A stretch of 64,000 nt of DNA from a virus. Below, piece after piece: positions 28,075-37,484 of this stretch. Each line of letters begins with the position of its first letter. Positions within the stretch are counted from its first letter, which is position 1. The notes below the pieces were generated by a model. That model saw nothing but the letters and a program-made list of their open reading frames with translations. It was not told the origin of the DNA and made no database searches. The translations under genes were made by a program, and so were the position numbers. The stretch spans positions 1 through 64,000 of the IMG/VR virus record IMGVR_UViG_3300035670_000019; one strand, written 5' to 3'.

Positions 28075-28332
28075 ATGGAAGAAGTAAAAAAGTATCAATT
28101 AGATCCAACATTGGAAACCAAAAAGTACACATCAACAGATGGTACAATTCGTTACATGAAAGATGGAAAATTACATAACTGGGAAGGACCAGCTGTAATT
28201 CATCCGAATGGTAAAAAGGAATATTATATTAATGGTTTCCAACATGACAAAGACAGTCACCATAAAGCAAAACGTGATGGAGTTGGATTACCTTGGTTTA
28301 AAAGTAGTGTAGGTAAAGGATCACGATCTTAG
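28075..28332 (+). CDS. Small phage protein with a GKLH..GPAV beta-hairpin repeat unit
   Basis: YMKDGKLHNWEGPAVIHPNGKKEYYING; start corrected to the ATG at 28075. Confidence 0.6.
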   Translation: MEEVKKYQLDPTLETKKYTSTDGTIRYMKDGKLHNWEGPAVIHPNGKKEYYINGFQHDKDSHHKAKRDGVGLPWFKSSVGKGSRS

Positions 28333-28387
28333 TTTTTTTTTTGATATTTATATTAAAACATACTAATTTAAAAAATAATAAAAGACA

Positions 28388-28828
28388 ATGAACAAAGAGT
28401 TCCTCAAAATGCAAAAATTGGCTGGTTTGATCACTGAAAACCAGATTAAACAAGTAAATGAAAATCAAAGTGATTTTGATACTATTGAAAAAATTATCTC
28501 TCAAACTCCTTACCCTGTTACAGATCTTGAATCATTATATGATGAAATGGAAAATACAGATTTAGTAGACTCAGTAGCGGATGCTATGGGTGGAGATTTT
28601 ACTAAGGCTCGTAAAGCTTTAGAAGCTTATGGAAATAGTAAATTTGGAAATCAAATGTCTGGTGGATCTTTAAACCAAGAAATATATATGGATTTTTTAA
28701 ATGAATTATTTAATGTTCTTGGTAATAAAGCTAACTCATATGATGATAGTACTTGGACTAATCAAGAGAAAGAGTTAGTAAAAAATATCTATAATGCTAT
28801 AGAAAGAGCAGGGATTGAAATTGCTTAA
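28388..28828 (+). CDS. Tagged head-cargo protein
   Basis: MNKEFLKMQKLAGLITE tag, VNE|; late promoter at 28344. Confidence 0.55.
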   Translation: MNKEFLKMQKLAGLITENQIKQVNENQSDFDTIEKIISQTPYPVTDLESLYDEMENTDLVDSVADAMGGDFTKARKALEAYGNSKFGNQMSGGSLNQEIYMDFLNELFNVLGNKANSYDDSTWTNQEKELVKNIYNAIERAGIEIA

Positions 28829-28839
28829 AAATAAAATTA

Positions 28840-29118
28840 ATGGTTATGGATTCACAATATATTGATGTGATTGACAGCTGCTATGATTCTAGATGGGACA
28901 CATTTAAGTGGAAAAGCACTCCTAAAAAACCTAATGGTATACTAATGGATTATGATGAGGGTGAAACGCTTACCAAAGAAGAATTTTGGGCTAATAATGA
29001 TGTAGAAAATGATAATATTCCTGTTTATGGTCAAAAAGATAATAATGGAATTTGGAGATTTCAATGGGAAGCAGGTGATGTAGGTGGATTCATAGAAGGT
29101 GAAGATTTTGATTTTTAA
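28840..29118 (+). CDS. Hypothetical acidic protein
   Basis: Intact ORF. Confidence 0.45.
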   Translation: MVMDSQYIDVIDSCYDSRWDTFKWKSTPKKPNGILMDYDEGETLTKEEFWANNDVENDNIPVYGQKDNNGIWRFQWEAGDVGGFIEGEDFDF

Positions 29119-29141
29119 TTCTTAAAATAAAATTTCAAATT

Positions 29142-29176
29142 AGGCTTGCACTTGCAAGCCTTTTTTATTATATTAT
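29142..29176 (+). promoter_or_regulatory. Overlapping intrinsic terminator and sigmaA-type promoter
   Basis: AGGCTTGCA-ct-TGCAAGCCT-TTTTT; CTTG-N20-TATATTAT. Confidence 0.6.
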
Positions 29177-29190
29177 AAATAAAACAATAT

Positions 29191-29721
29191 ATGAAGATAG
29201 GATTCTGTGGTACAATGTCAGTAGGTAAATCAACACTAGTACATGCTTTAAAAGAATTACCTGAATTTAAAGATTATTTCTTCGCTACTGAACGTAGTAA
29301 ATACTTACGTGATTTAGGTATTCCATTAAACACTGATAGTACATTAAAAGGTCAAACAATATTCTTAGCTGAACGTTGTTCTGAATTAATGAGAGAAAAT
29401 GTTATTACTGATAGAACAGTAATTGATGTGATGGCATTTGCTCAATGTGCTAAATCAATTGATGGAGTAGAAAAATTATCATTTATTCCATATGCTAGTC
29501 AATTTATTAAAGACTATGATTATATTTTCTATGTCTCTCCTGTAGGAGTTCAAATTGAAGATAATGGTGTTAGAACAACTGATGCTGGTTATCGTGATTG
29601 GATTGATAGTACTATCAAACATTTTATCAAAAAAAATCTATATTATATGAAAAACTTTGGTATTATTTCAGGTACTACAGAACAAAGAATTGAACAAATT
29701 AAAGGTTACTTAAGTCTTTGA
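29191..29721 (+). CDS. P-loop kinase/ATPase (AAA_28/NadR-like)
   Basis: GTMSVGKST, ITDRTVID, EDNGVR. Confidence 0.75.
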   Translation: MKIGFCGTMSVGKSTLVHALKELPEFKDYFFATERSKYLRDLGIPLNTDSTLKGQTIFLAERCSELMRENVITDRTVIDVMAFAQCAKSIDGVEKLSFIPYASQFIKDYDYIFYVSPVGVQIEDNGVRTTDAGYRDWIDSTIKHFIKKNLYYMKNFGIISGTTEQRIEQIKGYLSL

Positions 29722-29754
29722 TATATTTATATACTAGAACCTAATTGGTTTTTT

Positions 29755-31326
29755 ATGAGTCAAGACTTAAAACAAATAATACGAGACGAATACTTAAAAT
29801 GTGCTCAAGACCCAGCACACTTTATGAAAAAGTATTGCCACATTCAGCATCCAACTCGTGGTAGAATTATATTTAATTTATACCCATTTCAAGAAAAAGT
29901 ACTACGTTTATGGAGAGATCATCCATATGATATAGTACTTAAGTCTCGACAATTAGGTATATCAACTTTAGTAGCAGGTTATTCATTATGGTTAATGACC
30001 TTCCAAAAAGACAAAAACGTTCTTTGTATAGCTACTAAACAAGAGACAGCTAAAAACATGGTGACAAAAGTCAAATTCATGTTTGAAAATTTACCATCTT
30101 GGTTAAAGATACCTGCTGAAGAAAATAATAAATTAACGTTACGATTAAATAACGGTTCTCAAATTAAAGCAGTTTCAGCGGCAGGTGACGCAGGTCGATC
30201 AGAAGCAGTGTCACTTCTAATTATAGATGAGGCTGCTTTTATTGAAGGTATAGCTGAGATATGGGCATCTGCTCAACAAACCTTAGCAACTGGTGGTGGA
30301 GCAATTGTGTTATCTACTCCATATGGTACTGGTAATTGGTTCCATCAAACATGGGTTAGAGCTGAAGCTCAACAAAATGACTTCTTACCTATTAAACTCC
30401 CATGGTATGTTCATCCTGAGCGTGATGAAAATTGGAGAAAAAAACAAGATGAATTACTAGGAGACCCACGACTAGCAGCACAAGAATGCGACTGTGACTT
30501 TAATACTTCAGGTGATACTGTGTTTTATAGTGAACAACTAGACTTTATTTTTGCTACCTCTGTTAAAGATCCTTTAGAAAAGCGTGGTATAGATCGTAAT
30601 TTATGGATATGGGAACTACCAGATTATACACGAAGTTATATGGTTGTTGCTGACGTAGCTCGTGGAGATGGTAAAGACTTTTCAACATTTCATGTTATAG
30701 ATACTGAATTAAATACACAAGTTGCTGAATATAAAAGCCAAATATCACCAAAAGAATTTGGTTATTTACTAGTGAGTATTGCAACAGAATATAATGATGC
30801 GTTGTTAGTTGTTGAAAATGCTAACATAGGATGGTCAACTCTTGATGCAATTATTGAAAGAGGATACAGAAATTTATATTATTCTCCAAAAAGTGAGGCG
30901 TTAAATGCGGAAACTTACTTAGAAAGAACAGATGATCCATCAAGAATGACACCAGGTTTTACAATGTCTATGAGAACTCGTCCGTTAGTTGTAAATAAAT
31001 TTAGAGAATACGTTGGAGATAAAAGTGTTACCATACAATCTAAGCGTCTTCTTGAAGAAATGAAAGTGTTTATATGGAGAAATGGTAGACCTGAAGCACA
31101 ATCTGGTTATAATGATGACTTAGTTATGAGTTTTGCTATTGGAATGTATGTTCGTGACACTGCTTTAAAATACAAAACACAAGGTTTAGATCTAACACGT
31201 GCTGCTTTGAGTAATATGGCAACTGTTAGACCAAATCCTCAAGGTAACTACACTATGAATGGTGTTCCTAACCCGTATCAAATGAATATAGGTGGGCAAG
31301 ATGAAGATATAAGGTGGTTACTGTAA
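29755..31326 (+). CDS. terL: Terminase large subunit
   Basis: LYPFQ, KSRQLGIST, LLIIDEAAF, STPYG, nuclease ADVARG, VENAN, DDLVMS. Confidence 0.95.
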   Translation: MSQDLKQIIRDEYLKCAQDPAHFMKKYCHIQHPTRGRIIFNLYPFQEKVLRLWRDHPYDIVLKSRQLGISTLVAGYSLWLMTFQKDKNVLCIATKQETAKNMVTKVKFMFENLPSWLKIPAEENNKLTLRLNNGSQIKAVSAAGDAGRSEAVSLLIIDEAAFIEGIAEIWASAQQTLATGGGAIVLSTPYGTGNWFHQTWVRAEAQQNDFLPIKLPWYVHPERDENWRKKQDELLGDPRLAAQECDCDFNTSGDTVFYSEQLDFIFATSVKDPLEKRGIDRNLWIWELPDYTRSYMVVADVARGDGKDFSTFHVIDTELNTQVAEYKSQISPKEFGYLLVSIATEYNDALLVVENANIGWSTLDAIIERGYRNLYYSPKSEALNAETYLERTDDPSRMTPGFTMSMRTRPLVVNKFREYVGDKSVTIQSKRLLEEMKVFIWRNGRPEAQSGYNDDLVMSFAIGMYVRDTALKYKTQGLDLTRAALSNMATVRPNPQGNYTMNGVPNPYQMNIGGQDEDIRWLL

Positions 31327-31352
31327 TATTTATAATATATAATTCAATTTAA

Positions 31353-33242
31353 ATGGCTGATACAAGTGTTTTTTCAAGATTAAGGAAATTATTCTCAACA
31401 GATGTAATAATTCGTAATGCTGGTGGTAATCAGCTCAAAGTAATGGATGTAAATAGCATCCAAGCAACAGGTGAATTCCAAACTAATGCTTTAGTAGATA
31501 GATTCAATCGTATCTATTCTAGTAACAGCACATCACTTTTTGGAGCACAATTAAACCTCAACTGGAGATATTTACGCACCCAAGTATACTCAGATTATGA
31601 TGCAATGGATACAGATGCTATTGTAGCTTCTGCTCTTGATATTATAGCTGACGAATGTACTCTTAAAAATGATATGGGTGAAGTACTTCAAATTAAAAGT
31701 TCAAATGAGGATACACAAAAAATTCTATATAATTTATTTTATGATGTATTAAATATTGAATTTAATTTATGGTCTTGGATTCGTCAGATGTGTAAGTATG
31801 GTGATTTCTTTTTAAAATTGGAGATTGCGGAAAAATTTGGGGTTTATAACATTATTCCATACACCGCTTACCATATTATGAGAGAAGAACATTACGATCC
31901 TAAAAACCCAGCTGAAGTAAGATATAGATTCAGCCCAGATGGTTTCTCAGGTGGTGCTACAGGTTTTTATGGTGTGACAGGACAAGGCACTTATAGTACT
32001 AATAAAAATGACACATCAATTTATTTTGATAATTATGAAATGGCTCACTTCAGATTAATTACTGATGTGAATTATTTGCCTTATGGTCGTTCATATCTTG
32101 AACCAGCTCGTAAGTTGTTTAAACAATATGTTTTGATGGAAGATGCAATGTTGATCCATCGTATTGTTCGTGCCCCAGAAAAAAGAATTTTTTATGTTAA
32201 TGTAGGTTCTATTCCACCTAATGAGGTAGAAAACTTTATGCAAAAGACTATCTCACAGATGAAAAGAACTCCATATGTTGATCCACAAACTGGTGAGTAT
32301 AATTTAAAATATAATTTACAAAACTCATTAGAAGACTTTTTTATACCTGTTAGAGGTAATGATACAACTACTCGAATTGAGCCTACTAAAGGTTTAGACT
32401 ACACAGCAATTGAGGACGTAACTTACTTAAGAGATAAGTTATTTGCCGCTTTAAAAGTACCTAAAGCGTTTATGGGATATGAAAAAGACTTAACTGGTAA
32501 AGCTACTTTAGCAGCAGAAGATATTCGTTTTGCTCGTACAATTGATCGCATTCAACGTATTATACTCTCAGAATTAAATAAAATTGCTTTGGTTCACTTG
32601 TATACTCAAGGATATAGAAACGAACAATTGACTAATTTTGAACTATCATTAACTACTCCTTCTATCATCTATGACCAAGAAAGAATTGCGTTAATGAAAG
32701 AAAAAGTAGATTTAGCTAAAAACATTATTGATGGTAAATTATTACCTACAGATTGGATTTACGACAATGTATTCCACTTAAGCCAGGATCAATATGATGA
32801 GTATAGAGACTTAATCGCTGAAGATCAAAAGCGTATCTTTAGGTTTAAACAAATTGAAAATGAAGGTAACGACCCACTTGAATCAGGTAAGTCATATGGT
32901 ACACCTCACGATTTAGCCGCATTATATGGTGCTGGTAGAAATGGAATGGGTGTTCCTGATGGTTATGATAAAGATGAACCTCTAGGAAGACCTAAAGAAA
33001 AAGCATCTATTGCTGGTACACAACAAAGTACTTTAGGTAAAGATAGATTAGGTAATATTGGTATGAAGAAAGGAGATGCTACAGGTGAAGATGGATCTTT
33101 AAAAAATAATTTTAAAGGTGGGTCACCACTTGCTTTAGAGACTAAAGATAAAAACAAAACTTTATTAGAATCTTTAGATAAAAAATTATCCCTTAAAAAA
33201 GAAGAATCTTCATTATTAGATGAATCTCAAATACGAGAATAA
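31353..33242 (+). CDS. gp20: Portal protein (T4 gp20-like)
   Basis: LMEDAMLIHRIVRAPEKRIFYVNVG, EDFFIPVRG, YLRDKLFAALKVP, EDIRFARTI. Confidence 0.92.
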   Translation: MADTSVFSRLRKLFSTDVIIRNAGGNQLKVMDVNSIQATGEFQTNALVDRFNRIYSSNSTSLFGAQLNLNWRYLRTQVYSDYDAMDTDAIVASALDIIADECTLKNDMGEVLQIKSSNEDTQKILYNLFYDVLNIEFNLWSWIRQMCKYGDFFLKLEIAEKFGVYNIIPYTAYHIMREEHYDPKNPAEVRYRFSPDGFSGGATGFYGVTGQGTYSTNKNDTSIYFDNYEMAHFRLITDVNYLPYGRSYLEPARKLFKQYVLMEDAMLIHRIVRAPEKRIFYVNVGSIPPNEVENFMQKTISQMKRTPYVDPQTGEYNLKYNLQNSLEDFFIPVRGNDTTTRIEPTKGLDYTAIEDVTYLRDKLFAALKVPKAFMGYEKDLTGKATLAAEDIRFARTIDRIQRIILSELNKIALVHLYTQGYRNEQLTNFELSLTTPSIIYDQERIALMKEKVDLAKNIIDGKLLPTDWIYDNVFHLSQDQYDEYRDLIAEDQKRIFRFKQIENEGNDPLESGKSYGTPHDLAALYGAGRNGMGVPDGYDKDEPLGRPKEKASIAGTQQSTLGKDRLGNIGMKKGDATGEDGSLKNNFKGGSPLALETKDKNKTLLESLDKKLSLKKEESSLLDESQIRE

Positions 33243-33282
33243 TATCTCCATATATATTTATAACTAAAATATTACTCCTGGA

Positions 33283-34137
33283 ATGACTATAAAACATTCA
33301 AAGTATAAAAATACTGGTATCCTCTTTGAACTCTTAGTAAGACAAATTACAGCTGACACTTTATCAGGTGTTGAATCACAGGCTGTTAATATTCTTAAAA
33401 AATATTTTACTAAAACTGAATTAGGAAGAGAGTATAAATTATACGAGAGCTTTTTTAAGCATACTAACACTAGCGAAGCTAAAGCTGATATGGTTATTAG
33501 TACTCTTATAGAAAGTTCTAAGCAATTAAATCGTTCTGTTTTAAGAAGACAAAAATATAATCTAATTAAAGAAATTAAAAATCACTATGATTTAGAAGAA
33601 TTCTTTAAAACTAAGTTACCAAACTATAAAGCACAAGCTGCTTTGTTTACACTTTTAGAGGTTTACAACAGTGAAAATCTGTCTAACCCTGACCAGATTA
33701 TAGAAAATAAAACAGTTTTATTAGAATATCTTGTTAAGTCTCCTATTAATAAAAAAGAAGTTAGAGAAAATATCTTAGAAGAATTCAAAAACCAAGATAA
33801 AGATATTCGTGTGTTAGCATACAGAGTACTATTAGAAAAATTTAATGATAAGTATGCTGATTTAAATCCAAATCAGAAAGCCACATTAAAAGAATTTATT
33901 AATAGTGTTGATAACGCTCCTAAATTAAGAGAATTTTACAACACTAAAATAAACGAAATCAAAAATACTTTATTAACTCTAAACAAAAAAGTTACCAATA
34001 AAGCTATCCAGATAAAAGTAAATGAGGTTGTAAACATTTTACCAAGTCTAGGTAAAACAGATAAAGTTAATGATGATCATTTAATTAATCTCCTTCAGCA
34101 TTATCAGTTAGTTGAAGAACTAGAAACGGTAGAATGA
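33283..34137 (+). CDS. Head morphogenesis-associated helical protein
   Basis: Lies between portal and protease; late promoter at 33254. Confidence 0.55.
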   Translation: MTIKHSKYKNTGILFELLVRQITADTLSGVESQAVNILKKYFTKTELGREYKLYESFFKHTNTSEAKADMVISTLIESSKQLNRSVLRRQKYNLIKEIKNHYDLEEFFKTKLPNYKAQAALFTLLEVYNSENLSNPDQIIENKTVLLEYLVKSPINKKEVRENILEEFKNQDKDIRVLAYRVLLEKFNDKYADLNPNQKATLKEFINSVDNAPKLREFYNTKINEIKNTLLTLNKKVTNKAIQIKVNEVVNILPSLGKTDKVNDDHLINLLQHYQLVEELETVE

Positions 34138-34634
34138 GTGCTAAAGAAAAAATAAAAGAATTTGTACAGAAGCGATTAAAAGAAATAAGCGCTACAGGTA
34201 CTGGTGCTTCTACTATTCCTGGTGAAGGTATAGGTGTATCTACTAAACTTGCTTTTAATCCAAATAAAAAAGCTAAAGGTACCGCTCATAATTACTACTA
34301 CAAACTTGGTTTTAAACCTGTGAACCAAAAAGCTTTAAATAAAGCAGCTAAAGGTATTGAAGTAAAACACTTATGGGAAGAAGAAGAACCCAAATTTGAT
34401 ATTGAAGGTTTTGTTAATAGTTTAGGAGTTGATGAAGAAACAAAACAATATATAGCAGGACGATTAGGAGATTTTGATCTAATAGCAGATAAGCTAAAAG
34501 AACTTATCAAACTAATCCAGGAAGCTAAAAAAGAAACAATAAATAGCTATAGAGAAACACCAGAAAAGAAATCAGTATATGGTACTGATTTAGCTATTTC
34601 AATACTTGATAGAGCAATAAAATTATTTACATAA
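34134..34634 (+). CDS. Putative prohead core/internal protein
   Basis: MSAKEKIKEFVQKRLKE| leader; head operon position. Confidence 0.5.
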   Translation: MSAKEKIKEFVQKRLKEISATGTGASTIPGEGIGVSTKLAFNPNKKAKGTAHNYYYKLGFKPVNQKALNKAAKGIEVKHLWEEEEPKFDIEGFVNSLGVDEETKQYIAGRLGDFDLIADKLKELIKLIQEAKKETINSYRETPEKKSVYGTDLAISILDRAIKLFT

Positions 34635-34636
34635 AC

Positions 34637-35452
34637 ATGAAAACACTTCAAACACAATATAACCTTATTAAAGAAGGTAAAGGCGATAAAGCATACTTTA
34701 TGAAACTTGCTCGCTACAACTTCCCAGACCTTATTACTCCTGTATTATCATATAATGATACTATTACTGTATTAAAAAATAAAAGTATCTTATCTGAAGG
34801 TATTGGTGGTGTAGTAACTAAAGGTAAAACACCTGATTGGCATTCTATCTTTAAAGAAAATATTACTGAAGCTACTAAAGAAGCTAAAGCTGAAGAAAAA
34901 GAAACTACTAAAGAAGTAACTGACATGGCAACACGTGGTTATGACTATAAGGATGAAAAAAATTATGATAATGTATTTGGTCAAGAATTCTTAAAAGGAT
35001 TCTATACTGAAATGCAAGATCCTAAAAATGAAGATAAAACAGTAGAAGAATTAAGAGCAATTGTAGCTAAAAACTTAGCTAAAGACTGTAATTACTATGT
35101 TAAAGATGGCCAATTTGGTATTAAAGGTGTGGGTTATACTGTTGATGCTCCCGGTTTAGGAGAACCAAAACCTGCTAAAGGTAAGCATAAATCTTCAGGT
35201 TATGGTGATTTACAAGAATCAGTATTACGTTCTCAAATTTATTTGTTAGCTAAAGAAATGTTATTTGAAGAAGATAAAAAAGATTCTAAAGAAAATAAAA
35301 AATCTGAATCAAAAATAATTGATGCTTTAAGAAAAGAATATAAATTTGATTTAAAAGGTGTAGAGAATGATAAAAATTGGGACAAATTATCTACCAAATC
35401 AAAATTAAAAGTTAAAGATTATATACGATTTGATATGAATCAAGAGCATTAA
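34637..35452 (+). CDS. Putative prohead core/internal protein
   Basis: Several IKE/LSE/ITE/LQE sites; internal LQESVLRSQIYLLAKE. Confidence 0.5.
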   Translation: MKTLQTQYNLIKEGKGDKAYFMKLARYNFPDLITPVLSYNDTITVLKNKSILSEGIGGVVTKGKTPDWHSIFKENITEATKEAKAEEKETTKEVTDMATRGYDYKDEKNYDNVFGQEFLKGFYTEMQDPKNEDKTVEELRAIVAKNLAKDCNYYVKDGQFGIKGVGYTVDAPGLGEPKPAKGKHKSSGYGDLQESVLRSQIYLLAKEMLFEEDKKDSKENKKSESKIIDALRKEYKFDLKGVENDKNWDKLSTKSKLKVKDYIRFDMNQEH

Positions 35453-35454
35453 TT

Positions 35455-36066
35455 ATGAAACAAATACTTATTGAAACCCAAACATTCTCTGCCAAACCAG
35501 TCAAATTAATTGAAGGTAAAGGTAGTAATAACAATATATTAGTTCAAGGTATATTAGCAACAGCCGAAGTAAAAAACGGTAATGGTCGCTATTATTCAAG
35601 AGATTTATGGGAAAGAGAAATTAATAAGTATATGGAGAGTGTTAATGCCAATAGAGCATTAGGCGAACTAGATCATCCTGATTCTTCTATTATTAATTTA
35701 AAAAATGTATCCCATAATATTAAAAAAATATGGTGGGATGGAGATAATGTGATGGGAGCAATAGAAATTCTACCTACCCCTTCAGGCAATATATTATCTG
35801 CTTTATTTCAAAACAATATTCCAGTAGGTGTATCATCACGTGGTATGGGTTCATTAAAACAAATGGGTGAACTAATGGAAGTACAAGATGATTTTGAATT
35901 ATTATGTTGGGATTTTGTCTCAACCCCATCAAACCCAGGTTCATATATGAAAGAAAAAGGCATGATGAATGAATCTAAAACACCTCAACAATATAACCAA
36001 TATGCTAAAGTAAATTCTATTATCACAGACATACTTTGTGCTAATGGAACTTGCCCAATATTTTAA
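35455..36066 (+). CDS. gp21: Prohead core protease (T4 gp21-like)
   Basis: KNGNGRYYS, ALGELDHP, VSH, GVSSRGMGS, DFVSTPS. Confidence 0.93.
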   Translation: MKQILIETQTFSAKPVKLIEGKGSNNNILVQGILATAEVKNGNGRYYSRDLWEREINKYMESVNANRALGELDHPDSSIINLKNVSHNIKKIWWDGDNVMGAIEILPTPSGNILSALFQNNIPVGVSSRGMGSLKQMGELMEVQDDFELLCWDFVSTPSNPGSYMKEKGMMNESKTPQQYNQYAKVNSIITDILCANGTCPIF

Positions 36067-36094
36067 CCCCTCTTAAAATAGCATTTTAAGATTG

Positions 36095-36124
36095 ATGCCT
36101 CACAAAAGTGAGGCATTTCTTTTT
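36095..36124 (+). terminator. Intrinsic terminator
   Basis: ATGCCTCAC-aaaa-GTGAGGCAT-TTCTTTTT. Confidence 0.75.
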
Positions 36125-36264
36125 CCCAAAATGTAATTTTTAATAGATCCATATATATGTATATTCAAATATGCTACCCTTTCCCCTTATGTAGCATTAA
36201 TTAGTTAATAAATCTATTACGTTTCCTATTAAACGTATTTCCAAAACAAATTTATTTGAGGACA

Positions 36265-37446
36265 ATGAACAGAGAAATGCTAAAAGAATGCATTGCTGAT
36301 GCTAAAACTATTAGAGAAACAGCAATTGCAAGCGCAAAAGTAGCTCTTGAAGAAGCATTCACTCCCCAACTCACTGCTATGTTTGCTGAAAGGTTAAATG
36401 AGCTTGAATTAGAGGAAGCTGAAACTGAAAAAGAGCCAACTGATGAAATGTACAGTAATGAAGAAAAGAAAGAAGAAAATCTTGAAGAAGATTTTAATCT
36501 TGAAGAACTTCTTGCTGAGTTATCAATGGAAGAAGAACAAGAACCTACAATGGAAGGTGAAGACACGGAAGATGAGCCATTAGAAGAAAATCTAATGCTT
36601 GAAGACATGTCTGACGAAGAAATTGAAGAACTTGTTATGCAAGTCATTGATGACATGATCGCATCTGGTAAGCTTATGCCTGGTGAAGGCGAAGAAGAAG
36701 ACATGGAAGACATGGAAGACATGGGTGATGAAGAAGAAGTAGAAGATGAAGAAATCGATATTGATGAAATTTTATCTGAAGCTGATTCTGAAGAAGTTAA
36801 AGAAGAAATGGTAAATGAAGGAGCAGCAATGGAGCTTTTTCAAGCTATTTTAGATCAATTTAGCTCCGCTAAAGAATTCTTCCAAGGGTTATATGATATA
36901 ATACAACAAGGAGGAGATCCAGAAGTATACATGATGGAAAAAGGACAAAACCCTACAGTTTTAGCTGGCATTGGCTCAGCTTTAGGATTTGGGGTTTTAT
37001 TAGCTAAAGTATTTGGAAAATCTGCTGTTGATAAATTAAAAGCATTTTATCAAAAATATGGTAAAGGAGCTAAATCAACAACTGAAGCTACAAATGAAGA
37101 AATGGAAGAAACTATCAATGAGCTTCGCAAAGAACTCAACGAAGTTAATCTATTAAACGCTAAGCTTCTTTACACCAACAAAATCTTCAAAGCTAAGAAT
37201 CTTACCGAATCAGAAAAAATCAAGGTTTTAAACACGTTTGACAAAGCAGAAACTGTTAAGGAAGTTAAACTCGTATTCGAAACTTTAACTGAATCTTTTA
37301 AAGCTACTACAGCTAAAAAGAATCCAATTAAAGAATCATTAGGATCAGCTTCTAAAACAATTTCAACTGCTACCCCTAAACAACCAATTATTGAGGTTAA
37401 TAGCGCTTTTGCTCGTATGCAGCAACTTGCTGGCCTCAGAAAGTAA
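36265..37446 (+). CDS. Prohead scaffolding protein
   Basis: Very acidic coiled-coil protein between protease and capsid; many [LIV]xE sites; ends FARMQQLAGLRK. Start likely the ATG at 36265. Confidence 0.8.
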   Translation: MNREMLKECIADAKTIRETAIASAKVALEEAFTPQLTAMFAERLNELELEEAETEKEPTDEMYSNEEKKEENLEEDFNLEELLAELSMEEEQEPTMEGEDTEDEPLEENLMLEDMSDEEIEELVMQVIDDMIASGKLMPGEGEEEDMEDMEDMGDEEEVEDEEIDIDEILSEADSEEVKEEMVNEGAAMELFQAILDQFSSAKEFFQGLYDIIQQGGDPEVYMMEKGQNPTVLAGIGSALGFGVLLAKVFGKSAVDKLKAFYQKYGKGAKSTTEATNEEMEETINELRKELNEVNLLNAKLLYTNKIFKAKNLTESEKIKVLNTFDKAETVKEVKLVFETLTESFKATTAKKNPIKESLGSASKTISTATPKQPIIEVNSAFARMQQLAGLRK

Positions 37447-37484
37447 AAATTAAACATTAACAATTAAATCAATTTTTTAAAATT

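Noticed and set aside
29755-29802. Terminase N-terminus MSQDLKQIIRDEY resembles the cargo tag
   Set aside because: It runs into EYLKCAQDP, the ordinary N-terminal helix of T4-type terminases, and has no following LxE leader.
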